Assembly (NCBI GenBank): GCA_965242725.1 | Contig: CBDESZ010000027.1 | Span: 47,223-111,222 of the forward strand | Length of the DNA stretch: 64,000 bases | Direction of reading: 5' to 3' | Source: Alkalispirochaeta sp. | Lineage (GTDB): Bacteria; Spirochaetota; Spirochaetia; DSM-27196; Alkalispirochaetaceae | Part shown: positions 1 through 9,235 of the stretch, piece after piece | How positions within the stretch are numbered: position 1 is the first letter of the stretch | Layout: each line of letters begins with the position of its first letter | Notes under the pieces: model-generated | What the model was told of the DNA's origin: nothing | The model's database searches: none | What the model saw: only the letters and a program-made list of their open reading frames with translations | Made by a program: the position numbers and the translations under genes

Positions 1-207
1 CTGTTTACCGGAGACACCCTTTTCTTCAATACCATCGGCAGGACCGATTTTCCGTCGGGGAAGCCGGACCTCCTGGAACACTCGGTTACCCAGCGATTGT
101 TTACACTCCCCGGTCAGACGCGCATCTTTCCGGGCCATGGACCGTTGAGTACCGTTGAACGGGAAGTGATGAATAATCCCCTCGTCAGTGAAGGCGCGAC
201 GGTGTGA
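1..207 (+). CDS. MBL-fold metallo-hydrolase (glyoxalase-II-like), C-terminal fragment; gene starts upstream of the window
   Basis: Frame 1 is open from base 1 to TGA at 205-207. The translation LFTGDTLFFNTIGRTDFPSG...IFPGHGPLSTVEREVMNNP matches the C-terminal metal-binding half of beta-lactamase-fold hydrolases. Confidence 0.7.
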   Translation: MFTGDTLFFNTIGRTDFPSGKPDLLEHSVTQRLFTLPGQTRIFPGHGPLSTVEREVMNNPLVSEGATV

Positions 208-261
208 CGAACGGCACCTGTTGCCCCTTCGCACAGGGAGCTTAAAGCGCGGGTACCGGGA

Positions 262-639
262 TTACGCCGTCATGTCGAGGAGCAATCCCTCTGCGGGAAT
301 CCCATACCGAAATGAACCGCTTTGAATATCCTCCACGATGCGTCGCGCAGCCTCTTCCATGATTGATTGCTGATGCTCCAGGGGGTCTTTTCCCGTATCC
401 GGAGTGAGATCCTGTTGCATATTGGCGATACGTGTGAGGAGTGAATCTATGGCTTTGAGCCGGGATATGGAGTACCCCCCGGTACCCGGAGGCGAGGGAA
501 CGGCATTGATGTGGTCCAGTCGTGCATAGACCGTTCCCTCGACCGGCAACGCAACCCGTCCTTCCGATAGACGCGCCCGCACAAGATCGGTAATGGGAAT
601 GGTGCCGTTTGTTCGAATTGAAATGATATTCCCTTCCAT
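262..639 (-). CDS. hypothetical protein (125 aa)
   Basis: ORF lies directly downstream of dksA on the same strand. I recognise no motif. The overlapping 136-aa ORF in another frame looks like a GC shadow. Confidence 0.45.
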   Translation of the reverse strand: MEGNIISIRTNGTIPITDLVRARLSEGRVALPVEGTVYARLDHINAVPSPPGTGGYSISRLKAIDSLLTRIANMQQDLTPDTGKDPLEHQQSIMEEAARRIVEDIQSGSFRYGIPAEGLLLDMTA

Positions 640-693
640 GTACCGCCTCCACTTGATAGTATCGGCAGGTACACGTCGGGGAATTATACTCTC

Positions 694-1050
694 CTATCTG
701 TTTCGTCGTTCCAGTTCGTTCTGGTATTCAACGCGATACAGAGCGTAGGGAATTGCCTCGAGTCGTTCCTTTGGAATCTCCAGACCGCTCTTGAGGCAGA
801 TACCGTATTTACCGTTTTCTATCCGTCCAAGGGCCGATTCTATCAACCGCAACTTCTTCAGTTCCTGAGCCCCGAGGGCGCTGAGCAGTTTTTTGTCGAT
901 ATCCGTGCTGGCGACATCCACAAGATCCTTGGTATCGCTGGAACCTGCCATCGAACGGAACTCTTCGTCTTCCGCGACTAATTGCCTGAGAATATCGGCT
1001 TTCATCTCTTCCAGTCGGGTTTTCATCTTTTCTACAAATTCTTTATCCAT
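694..1050 (-). CDS. dksA: DksA/TraR-family RNA polymerase-binding regulator, zinc-finger cysteines mostly lost
   Basis: Coiled-coil protein with the tip motif DLVDVA (DxxDxA). The C-terminal region GKYGICLKSGLEIPKERLEAIPYALYRVEYQ aligns to the DksA C4 finger but keeps only 1 of 4 Cys. Confidence 0.7.
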   Translation of the reverse strand: MDKEFVEKMKTRLEEMKADILRQLVAEDEEFRSMAGSSDTKDLVDVASTDIDKKLLSALGAQELKKLRLIESALGRIENGKYGICLKSGLEIPKERLEAIPYALYRVEYQNELERRNR

Positions 1051-1193
1051 TGTGTCGTCTCCACGGTGCCAAAAAGTCCCATGAAATTTAGACGAAGTTT
1101 GAAAAAAGTCAAGGGATTTCTATGAATTATTCCAACGTTGACATTCAACGCCCATGCAACATACCATACCAATACACTTCACAAGGAGGATCT

Positions 1194-1412
1194 GTGGCAA
1201 AAGAAGAGGCAATCGAAGTAGAAGGTGTGGTCAAAGAATCACTCCCCAATACGATGTTCCGCGTAGAGTTGAAGAACGGACACGTTATTCTCACCCACCT
1301 GTCGGGCAAGATGCGGAAGCATTACATCAGGATTGTACCGGGTGATCGAGTGAAAGTTGCCCTTTCACCGTATGATTTGTCACGAGGCCGGATTATCTAT
1401 CGCGAACGCTGA
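1194..1412 (+). CDS. infA: translation initiation factor IF-1
   Basis: [69 protein letters not shown] is canonical IF-1. A GTG at 1194 is preceded by AAGGAGGA and gives the usual 72 aa. The track ORF starting at 1122 is an upstream extension. Confidence 0.9.
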   Translation: MAKEEAIEVEGVVKESLPNTMFRVELKNGHVILTHLSGKMRKHYIRIVPGDRVKVALSPYDLSRGRIIYRER

Positions 1413-1780
1413 CGGATAACCGCCCACGTAGCGCCCCGACCACCATCCTTTATTCCAGGATTACCTGTAGCCCCCACACAGGGGTTCATTTCAAGATAGC
1501 TCTGAACCATGCTTCGCAGCGGGGATGGTGCGGTCAGGGTCTGCCCTTTTCCATGAACGATCAGCACTTTTTTTCGTCCACTTTTGACCGCGTCGTGAAT
1601 AAACCGATCCAGCGCGTCCCTCCCGTCCTGTACCGTAAAGCCGTGAAGATCCAGCGTCGCTTCGACCGGTAGTCTTGCCGGGGCAATATGGTCCCGTCCA
1701 GGAGCGTCCTTTTCGCGGGCGACGTCCGGCTGCTCCGGCGGCGGATATCGCCGAAGATAGTCATCCATAGACGGCGTCAA
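1397..1780 (-). CDS. Smr (MutS2 C-terminal-like) domain protein
   Basis: LDLHG...VLIVHGKG Smr motifs. The TTG start at 1780 overlaps the batD stop (TTGA); an alternative ATG lies at 1768. Confidence 0.8.
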   Translation of the reverse strand: MTPSMDDYLRRYPPPEQPDVAREKDAPGRDHIAPARLPVEATLDLHGFTVQDGRDALDRFIHDAVKSGRKKVLIVHGKGQTLTAPSPLRSMVQSYLEMNPCVGATGNPGIKDGGRGATWAVIRQRSR

Positions 1781-3807
1781 TGATCGGCTCCCGTGCCCGG
1801 CGTTCTGACCAGGTCCCGGGGAACCCAGCCATTGGTTCCCGTCTGATTGTAGACGAGGTAGAAGTCCTCATACTCAAGCTCGATTCGTACCGCCTGTGCT
1901 TCCGCAAGCCTGATCCACGGCACCGCACCGGAATCGGGGATTCGGCGGAGGTGAACCGCTTCCTCCACCACACCTTCCCGCTGATTGTCGAGATTCAGCG
2001 ACCAGACATACCCGGCAAAGGTAACGACCATAACCATGCCGATACCGACGAGACCGATCGTTGTACGCAGACGGTGTCGGAAGAACAGCAGTATCCAGAA
2101 CACGGTCCACAATCCGATCAACATGACGATGAATACATCGGGGCGAAGATATCGCGGAACCGGAATCTGCTCCTCCATCCCGAAGTATGCCTCCGCCTCC
2201 GCCAGGGCGAGACGAAAATCGTCCCGTTCCGGAGCGAGTCGCAACGCCCTCCGGAGGTGATAAATTGTAAGTACCGGACGTTCAAGCCTGAGGCTCAGGA
2301 CTCCCCTGTTGTAGTGAACTCCGCCGTGCCACTCATTTTCAGAAAGTTCCAGGTCGTATAACACCGCCGCCACGGCGATTCGCCCGTCGTCAATGAGACG
2401 CTGCGCTTTTTCAAGCCTTTCAATCGACAATTGGGGAACGATCGCCGCTGCGAAAAACAGCGGTAAAAAACCTATGAGTGTCGCCGATTTTCGCCTTTTT
2501 GCGGATTCGTTTGACGGACGGCGAACGGACCACAACGCTGCCGCGGAAAACACGAGCGGTCCCAGGAGAAAGAAATAGTAAACCCAGGACACTTGACCGA
2601 GCCGTATCCATCGGGGGCTTGTCAATTGTTCCAAGGTGAGCAACGGCAGATCGGGAATCCTCTGTTCTTCTTCCTCGGCCGTCGGCCCGCCCCGAACCTC
2701 TATTTCAAATCTTCTTGGAGAGACCCGGCCAAGCTCGTTGCGGAGAGGATCATAGAACGCATAGGAGCCGATGGTTACAGACGCCGCTCCGTCCTGAGCA
2801 TCCACTTCGTACCTGATCGTACGGCGGCGGACGCCACTGTAACCACCCGCTTCGGCCGCACCGGTTCCTACCGACGAGGTCTCGCTGCGATCAACTTCGA
2901 CCAGTCCTTCAACGGTCACGACCGGGAAGTCGGCAACCGGCAAATTCCCCGTTCCTTCCAGGGCAACCGTCAACGTCACAATGTCACCCTGGGTCGCCTG
3001 ATTGTGTGAAAGGCTTGGTTGTATTTCAAATGAACCTATCGCGTTAGAAGCGGTGACTGCCGTCGGGATCGGATCAACCTGGAGGGTATGACGGGGTGCG
3101 GTCACCGACATCCCCGCAGCCTGTACCGATGCTTCCGGTATCGTTATTTCTCCGCTGGCCGCGGGGGTGAAGAAAAACCCGGCAACGGGAATATCGTATA
3201 CCGTGACATCTCCTATCGTCCGGCTCTGTACCGCGCCCAGACCCGCTACCTCTTCAAACAGTCCCGTCTCCGGGGCGCGGAACGAGATCTCTTCAGGGAA
3301 GTGGTAATCCGCCGCACCGGTAATTTCGAGAAGGACCGGAACCGTCTGGCTCTGTACGGCCCGTGACGTCAGAACTGTCCAGCGCGCCCGAAATGGAATG
3401 ACTCCATCCCGTTCCGCGGAAACGACCACCGGTTCAACCTCCCTGGAACCGTCGGCGGAGACGACCTGGATTCCCTCCAGAATGTAACGCCCCGCTTCCT
3501 GTACCCGCAGGGGTATCCTCACTTCCCGGGGACCGAATCCGCGGGAAACGAGCGTCGGATCTCCCGCTCCGGTGATTCCGCGAGGCAACCCGGGGAAAAT
3601 GACTTCAATCTGTTCCGGCGCCTCTTCATCAAGGGATATGCGCAGCTCCACCGTATCCCCCACCGACACCTCACGATGGAGAGAGTCCATGACGGGGAAA
3701 TAGGAACTCCCGCCGATCTCCCCTTCCACCGCTTCCTGGGCGTGGAGGGTGATTGGGAGTACCGTAGACATGACCGCGCACAGAAGGGTCAGACTCCTGT
3801 ATTTCAT
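1777..3807 (-). CDS. BatD-like oxygen-tolerance protein fused to a BatE-like TPR + SH3b C-terminus
   Basis: Signal peptide MKYRSLTLLCAVMSTVLPITLHAQ, a large extracytoplasmic BatD-type region, TM helices, a TPR-like segment (HYNRGVLSL...RRALRLAP), more TM helices and a C-terminal SH3b-like segment (AVHLRRIPDSG...GWVPRDLV). The ATG at 3807 shares one base with the batC stop. Confidence 0.7.
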   Translation of the reverse strand: MKYRSLTLLCAVMSTVLPITLHAQEAVEGEIGGSSYFPVMDSLHREVSVGDTVELRISLDEEAPEQIEVIFPGLPRGITGAGDPTLVSRGFGPREVRIPLRVQEAGRYILEGIQVVSADGSREVEPVVVSAERDGVIPFRARWTVLTSRAVQSQTVPVLLEITGAADYHFPEEISFRAPETGLFEEVAGLGAVQSRTIGDVTVYDIPVAGFFFTPAASGEITIPEASVQAAGMSVTAPRHTLQVDPIPTAVTASNAIGSFEIQPSLSHNQATQGDIVTLTVALEGTGNLPVADFPVVTVEGLVEVDRSETSSVGTGAAEAGGYSGVRRRTIRYEVDAQDGAASVTIGSYAFYDPLRNELGRVSPRRFEIEVRGGPTAEEEEQRIPDLPLLTLEQLTSPRWIRLGQVSWVYYFFLLGPLVFSAAALWSVRRPSNESAKRRKSATLIGFLPLFFAAAIVPQLSIERLEKAQRLIDDGRIAVAAVLYDLELSENEWHGGVHYNRGVLSLRLERPVLTIYHLRRALRLAPERDDFRLALAEAEAYFGMEEQIPVPRYLRPDVFIVMLIGLWTVFWILLFFRHRLRTTIGLVGIGMVMVVTFAGYVWSLNLDNQREGVVEEAVHLRRIPDSGAVPWIRLAEAQAVRIELEYEDFYLVYNQTGTNGWVPRDLVRTPGTGADH

Positions 3808-4427
3808 CACCAGTCTCGAGCCTCCCATTGACCGTCCTGTTCCGCATTGGCACGCCACCGCTGTTCTTCTTTCCGTCGGACATAGTCAAGCATACGCGTC
3901 GCCGTCGATTCAGGTGTCTGCGACTGATCACTCCCGTCATCAGAGCCGGACATTCCGTCTCTGGTGAGACCCGCCCCCGACTCGATGCGCTCGAGGGTCG
4001 TCTCGAAATTGCGTTTTGCGTCCATGCTGGATGGGTTTACGGTCAGGGCAAATCGAAACTGCGCCAACGCATCCTCGTAGCGACCCTGCTCAAAGAGATA
4101 GACCCCCCGGTTGAAAGCGGCACCGAACTGGAGATCTCTGACATCGACATTCTGCGCACGGTTCCACTGTTCTACCGCCGCTTCCGCTTCTCCGAGAAAG
4201 TGATAGACGTTTCCGAGGTTATATGCGATCCACGGATCGTACTCCGACTCGCCCCGGGCTCGCAGATAGTCGACGATTGCCATCTGGTAGTCTCCGCGGC
4301 TGACATTGTAGTTGCCCCGTATGACCCGCAGCTGGGGTATTTCCTGTCCGCACGACGTCAGGATCGCCAGGAAGAGAATGAACAGCCCCGTCTTCATTGT
4401 CGTGTCAATCAGCCTTGCGCCTTTCAT
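3807..4427 (-). CDS. BatC-like TPR lipoprotein
   Basis: Lipobox LAILTSC, TPR repeats (AYNLGNVYHFLGEAEAAVEQW; FNRGVYLFEQGRYEDALAQF) and an acidic C-terminus. Its start overlaps the batB stop (ATGA). Confidence 0.7.
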   Translation of the reverse strand: MKGARLIDTTMKTGLFILFLAILTSCGQEIPQLRVIRGNYNVSRGDYQMAIVDYLRARGESEYDPWIAYNLGNVYHFLGEAEAAVEQWNRAQNVDVRDLQFGAAFNRGVYLFEQGRYEDALAQFRFALTVNPSSMDAKRNFETTLERIESGAGLTRDGMSGSDDGSDQSQTPESTATRMLDYVRRKEEQRWRANAEQDGQWEARDW

Positions 4428-5422
4428 TCTATTCCCTTCCTTCGTCCCAGCGGGACGGAATGAATGATCACAACCATTGACAACAGAAGGAGAGAAATAA
4501 GGACAAATACGGAGTACCGTTCCTCGCCGATTCGCCGGAAGAGCACTTCCGACCCGTCGCCGACTCGACGTTGTAGTTCATCGACAATTCCCTGGGTCAC
4601 CGCCGTATCGGTCAGCCGGAAGAGGCGGCCATCGGAGAGATCCGCAATTCTCTGGAGGACCGCCTCGTCCACACCTACTACGACGGGATTTCCGTCTTCG
4701 TGACGCAGGACATCTCCCGACGGGAGCGGAATCGTCGCACCTGCAGACGTGCCCGCCTGCACGGCAATGATCGGTATGCTTCCGTTGCGCAGTTCCTCGG
4801 AAATATCATTCACCGAGTCCTGCAGCTCGTCACCGTCGGAAAAGAGGATCACGATCCGGTGTCGGGGGCTTCCCTCGGGAAATGCGTCCAACGCCGCGGT
4901 CAAACCGTCGCGTATGCTGGTACCGGCGGACGTAATCAGTCCTCCCGAGAGGTTTGACATCGCAAGCTCAAAGGCGACGCTGTCTTCAGTCATCGGTACG
5001 AGGACCGTTGCGGCTCCCTTGAATATGATCACACTTGAATGTGCCTCGGGAAAACGGCCTGCAATTGCCCGGGCCACCGAACGGCTCCGGGCAAGTCGAG
5101 AAGGTTCGATATCTTCCGCGAGCATGCTGTTAGAAACGTCGATGACGTACGCTATTTCCAGACCTCGGCGATCATCTTCAACGGTCTCCTCACCCCATTC
5201 GGGCTCGGCGGCAGCAATGATCAATCCTGCAAAGGCCCCGGCGACGAGCACGGCAGAGACAAAATACCGCACTGAATAAATATTGGTCACATCTTTCCGG
5301 CGAAGCTCCCCGGATAGACGTAATATGTGGTTAAGGCTGTTGCGTAGAATGAACACTCCGACGATACCGCCGAAGGGTATCACCAACAACACCCACAGGT
5401 ACTCCGGATAGCCGAAGGTCAT
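4424..5422 (-). CDS. BatB-like von Willebrand factor A membrane protein
   Basis: N-terminal TM helices, the VWA MIDAS motif IAYVIDVSNSM and a C-terminal TM helix. Its start overlaps the batA stop (ATGA). Confidence 0.8.
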   Translation of the reverse strand: MTFGYPEYLWVLLVIPFGGIVGVFILRNSLNHILRLSGELRRKDVTNIYSVRYFVSAVLVAGAFAGLIIAAAEPEWGEETVEDDRRGLEIAYVIDVSNSMLAEDIEPSRLARSRSVARAIAGRFPEAHSSVIIFKGAATVLVPMTEDSVAFELAMSNLSGGLITSAGTSIRDGLTAALDAFPEGSPRHRIVILFSDGDELQDSVNDISEELRNGSIPIIAVQAGTSAGATIPLPSGDVLRHEDGNPVVVGVDEAVLQRIADLSDGRLFRLTDTAVTQGIVDELQRRVGDGSEVLFRRIGEERYSVFVLISLLLLSMVVIIHSVPLGRRKGIE

Positions 5423-6420
5423 GGAGAAGCACCTCCAAAGAGCCTGCGGATTATGAGATCTGCCGCCAGGAGGACAAGGGCAAGGAGAATGAATCTTCTG
5501 TGGTAGGGGAAGCGGCGCACCTGCACGCGAACTCGACGTTCCGTGTCCTCCGCGGTTCCTATGGCGTTGAAGATCGCTTCAAGGGCGCCGGAACTGCCGG
5601 CGGAAAAGTAGCTTCCCCCGGAGAGATCGGCGATTCGCTCAAGCGTCTCCGCGTCGTAGCTCTCCCGCACCGTGCCCCGGTACAGCTGTCCGTCCTGGGG
5701 ATTGCGCACCTCTATGCGCGCCTCCTGTCCGCTGCCGACACCGATAGTATAAATCTTGACACCCTGCCGGCCTGCCACTTCCGCAGCCGCCTCGGGTGAA
5801 ATCTCTCCTGAATTGTTGACGCCGTCCGTCAGGAGAACGATGACCTGGTTTTCCGCTCCGCTCCCCTGAAGGTGCAACGACGCAAGGGCGAGGCCCATCC
5901 CGATTGCCGTACCGTCGCCCAGTTCCATCAGGAGCATGTCATCGAGGGACTGTAGAACCTGCTCGTGACGCAAGGTGGGCGGAACACGCAATGCAGCCTC
6001 GGCGCTGAAACCGACAAGACCAATGTGGTCATTGAGTCGTTGTCCTATAAAACGGCGGATAACGGCTTTGGCCGTCTCAAATCGGTTGGTCGGTTGCAGA
6101 TCTTGCGCCGCCATACTCGCCGATTGATCGAGAACGATCACGATGTCGACGCCACGACTCAAATAGATACGCTCCCGCTCCGTCCGTGTCGGGCCCGCGG
6201 CGGCAATGACCATGAGAACCCATGCACTCCAGAACAGGAGTGCGCTGAAGCGGATCATCACGACGCGGAACGTCAGCGGCGCCTTGAACCGCTCGCCTTC
6301 CCATAGCGAGACGGGAAACGGTATACGTCCGCCCCGGCGCGGCCAGAAGTGGCGAATGTATACAAGTGCCGGCAGAATGAGGAGAATGATCAGGTATCCC
6401 GGTCGTTCAAGAATCCACAT
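5419..6420 (-). CDS. BatA-like von Willebrand factor A membrane protein
   Basis: N-terminal TM helices and the VWA MIDAS motif DIVIVLDQSASM. The position and architecture are typical of BatA. Confidence 0.8.
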   Translation of the reverse strand: MWILERPGYLIILLILPALVYIRHFWPRRGGRIPFPVSLWEGERFKAPLTFRVVMIRFSALLFWSAWVLMVIAAAGPTRTERERIYLSRGVDIVIVLDQSASMAAQDLQPTNRFETAKAVIRRFIGQRLNDHIGLVGFSAEAALRVPPTLRHEQVLQSLDDMLLMELGDGTAIGMGLALASLHLQGSGAENQVIVLLTDGVNNSGEISPEAAAEVAGRQGVKIYTIGVGSGQEARIEVRNPQDGQLYRGTVRESYDAETLERIADLSGGSYFSAGSSGALEAIFNAIGTAEDTERRVRVQVRRFPYHRRFILLALVLLAADLIIRRLFGGASP

Positions 6421-7321
6421 TTCGTTTCTTCTGCTCCTGCAGGGTGGCTATGATCGATCGGACTTCCTCAATATGTTCGTTCCGTTCCGCGAGACTGACC
6501 CGCTTGCTCGCAAATTTAACCAGATCACCAAACTGAAAGAGCGCGACAAGGCGGGTCCGTTCATCCTCTCCAACGGCAGCTCGTTTCAAAACGCGTTCCA
6601 TTTCACCGGTCGTCGCCGAGCGAACTCCCCCGTGCAGCCGCCGATCCAGGTATTCCCGACAGATATCGAGCAGCCGTATATAGAATGTTTTTCCGTCTAA
6701 TTCATTAATTTGACTGCCCAGCATCCTGATAGACTTCTGGAACGCCCGGAAGGGCCTGTTTTCACGGTAACGTGCGCGAATGGCGATGAATCTCCGCTTT
6801 CCCCACCCTCCGGTGAAAATGACGACCGTTGGAACGGCAATAAGAACGATCAGGGCGATTGAAAACTGAATATGCGTTCCCGGCAGCAGCAATTGATCCC
6901 GCACGGACTGGATGGTGCGATCCTCCCCTTCCTGAAAGACCGACGTCACAAAAGGAGAAACACCGCTTATGGTTACCTCCCCCAGACCGATCCGGGGCAG
7001 TTCACGGGTTCCCCGGAAAAACGGTTGAAAGACTACGCGAAGTTCCACACCGTCCGCGCGCTGAATCACGGTGACCGAGTGTACCGTAATCCACGGGAGC
7101 CGCGGCAGTTCCGCCGGTATGGTCAGGTTCTCGCTTTCCACGCCTCGAACGACGATACGCGCCTCCACGATGTCTCCGACATGGTATGTCTGGGGAAGAA
7201 AGACGACGTCCGAGATCGTCTGCCCCCAGAGAGGCGGGAGTACCGCAACGGCACATACCATGATCAGCATGACGGGACGTCGCAGAACGTGAAGAATCTC
7301 TCCCGTGACTACCCTGTTCAC
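6407..7321 (-). CDS. hypothetical membrane protein of the Bat operon
   Basis: Signal/TM segment MLIMVCAVAVLPPLWG plus a central TM helix. The GTG at 7321 overlaps the DUF58 stop (GTGA). It occupies the slot of the unnamed gene between DUF58 and batA in Bat operons. Confidence 0.6.
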   Translation of the reverse strand: MNRVVTGEILHVLRRPVMLIMVCAVAVLPPLWGQTISDVVFLPQTYHVGDIVEARIVVRGVESENLTIPAELPRLPWITVHSVTVIQRADGVELRVVFQPFFRGTRELPRIGLGEVTISGVSPFVTSVFQEGEDRTIQSVRDQLLLPGTHIQFSIALIVLIAVPTVVIFTGGWGKRRFIAIRARYRENRPFRAFQKSIRMLGSQINELDGKTFYIRLLDICREYLDRRLHGGVRSATTGEMERVLKRAAVGEDERTRLVALFQFGDLVKFASKRVSLAERNEHIEEVRSIIATLQEQKKRNVDS

Positions 7322-8214
7322 CGTCGTCTCCGTCGCTGAAAAAAGCCGATGAGTCGTTCCGCCACGTCGTCGACCGTGCGGATTTCTATCGCCGAAATTC
7401 CCCGACGACGACATTCCCGCAGCCATTGCCGTCGTTGACGACGCCAGAACTGTTCAAATTCGAAGCGAAATTGGCGGGACTTTCCGTCAATATGGAGGGT
7501 GTCCGCGGTCTCGGGATCGACGGCGGTGATATGAGACAGCCGGGGCAGCTCTTCCGTAACGGGATCACTGACGCGCACGGCGATGACATCGTGACGTCTG
7601 GCGATAAGGCTCAACTCCTGCTGATAGTCGGAGGTGAGAAAGTCCGAAATGATGACGACGATTCCCCGTCGCTTCAGTGATTCACTGACCGTCCGCAGCG
7701 CAAGGGCGAGGTTGGACCCCTCTTCTTCACTCTCGGTTGCCACTATTTCCTGGAGAAGGCGCATCGCGTGGCTCCGTCCCTTTGCCGGCGGAACCCATGA
7801 GACGATGCGTCCGGCAAAGAGCGCGCCCCCGACTTTGTCGTTGTTCTGTACCGCAGCGAGAGTCAGCAGCGCCGATGTTATCAACGCCACTTCCCTGTTG
7901 GACCGGTCCCTTGATCCGAAATTCAGCGACGACGAGATATCCACGACGAGAAAAAGCGTCATTTCCCGCTCTTCCCGAAACGTCTTGGTGAACACCTGAC
8001 CGAAGCGGGAACTCACATTCCAGTCTATCAGCCGTGCATCGTCTCCTTCGACGTACTCCCGTACCTCGTCAAATTCGATGCCCGGTCCGCGGAATACGGA
8101 ACGGTAATTTCCGGCAAGGAGACTTTCCACAAGCCGTTCCGCGATGATCTGAAGACGACGAAGACGAGCGCGGCCTGGTATTTGCTGTATCGGATTGAAT
8201 CGTTGTCGCGCCAT
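7318..8214 (-). CDS. DUF58 (VWA-like) protein, MoxR partner
   Basis: YRSVFRGPGIEFDEVREYVEGDDARLIDWNVSSRFG...LFLVVDISSSLNFGS is the DUF58 signature. Confidence 0.85.
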   Translation of the reverse strand: MARQRFNPIQQIPGRARLRRLQIIAERLVESLLAGNYRSVFRGPGIEFDEVREYVEGDDARLIDWNVSSRFGQVFTKTFREEREMTLFLVVDISSSLNFGSRDRSNREVALITSALLTLAAVQNNDKVGGALFAGRIVSWVPPAKGRSHAMRLLQEIVATESEEEGSNLALALRTVSESLKRRGIVVIISDFLTSDYQQELSLIARRHDVIAVRVSDPVTEELPRLSHITAVDPETADTLHIDGKSRQFRFEFEQFWRRQRRQWLRECRRRGISAIEIRTVDDVAERLIGFFQRRRRR

Positions 8215-8221
8215 TAAACCA

Positions 8222-9235
8222 TCACGGGACCGGGACCGAGGAAAGGAACATGTCTACCACGTCGTCGCTGTCATAATCCTCACTGTCCGCCTCATAGGAC
8301 AAGACGATGCGATGGCGCAGGACGTCGGGGGCGACACTTTTTACGTCTTCCGGTATGACGTAGCTCCGTCCGGCAAATACGGCACGCACCTTTGCACACC
8401 GGTAGAGGAAAATACTCGCCCGGGGAGAGGCGCCGAACTCCACGTAACGAAGGGGACCGAGGGAGACGCGATCCTCATTGCCCCTGGTGGCGGCAACAAT
8501 TCTCACGATGTAGTCTTCTATCCGCTCGTCGACGGTCACTTTCGCGATGATCTCCCGAATTTTCCTGATATCACCCTGGAATATCGTTTTCTGGAGCGCG
8601 ATATCCCGGGGTACACCGACGCGCCGAAGTATTTCCCGCTCCTCTTCTTCCGAGGGATAGTCTACAAAGAGTTTCAGCATAAAACGGTCGAGCTGGGCTT
8701 CCGGGAGGGTGTAGGTCCCTTCATGTTCAATCGGATTCTGCGTAGCGAGTACGAAAAAGGGTTCGCTCAGAGGGTATGTGTTGTCGCCGATCGTGACCTG
8801 ACGCTCTTCCATCGCTTCCAGCAGGGCGCTCTGTACCTTTGCAGGGGCGCGGTTGATCTCGTCGGCGAGAATGATATTGCTGAAAATGGGACCCTTGCGC
8901 GGGACGAAGTCTCCGGTCTGCTGACGATAGATCATGGTACCGATCAAATCCGCCGGCAGAAGGTCGGGAGTAAACTGAATCCGCCTGAAATCGGCGTCCA
9001 GGACTTCGGCTAGACTTTTTACCGTGAGGGTCTTTGCCAGCCCCGGCACCCCTTCCAGGAGCACGTGGCCCCCGGCGAGAATTCCCGTAAGGAGACCGTC
9101 GATCATTTCCTTCTGTCCGACGATCCGACGGGCGAGCTCGTCCCGGGCCTTTTGAATGAGGTCCTGGGCGCGGCCGATCTGAACGTCAAGGGTCTTATTT
9201 TCTTCTGTGGGCATAGGTTTTCCTTCTATTGTCAA
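8222..9235 (-). CDS. MoxR-family AAA+ ATPase
   Basis: Walker A GHVLLEGVPGLAKT, Walker B ILADEINRA and MoxR-type C-terminal regions. The TTG start at 9235 overlaps the argJ stop. An alternative ATG at 9214 is preceded by GAAGGAAAA. Confidence 0.9.
   Translation of the reverse strand: MTIEGKPMPTEENKTLDVQIGRAQDLIQKARDELARRIVGQKEMIDGLLTGILAGGHVLLEGVPGLAKTLTVKSLAEVLDADFRRIQFTPDLLPADLIGTMIYRQQTGDFVPRKGPIFSNIILADEINRAPAKVQSALLEAMEERQVTIGDNTYPLSEPFFVLATQNPIEHEGTYTLPEAQLDRFMLKLFVDYPSEEEEREILRRVGVPRDIALQKTIFQGDIRKIREIIAKVTVDERIEDYIVRIVAATRGNEDRVSLGPLRYVEFGASPRASIFLYRCAKVRAVFAGRSYVIPEDVKSVAPDVLRHRIVLSYEADSEDYDSDDVVDMFLSSVPVP

Noticed and set aside
1122-1193. Upstream extensions of well-known genes offered by the ORF track: infA from 1122, ppiB from 44271, MFS from 45913, asd from 59646, clpP from 37933, rlpA from 16302 and batD from 3858.
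   Set aside because: Internal starts give canonical protein lengths, have better RBS or signal-peptide context, and avoid long overlaps with neighbouring genes.
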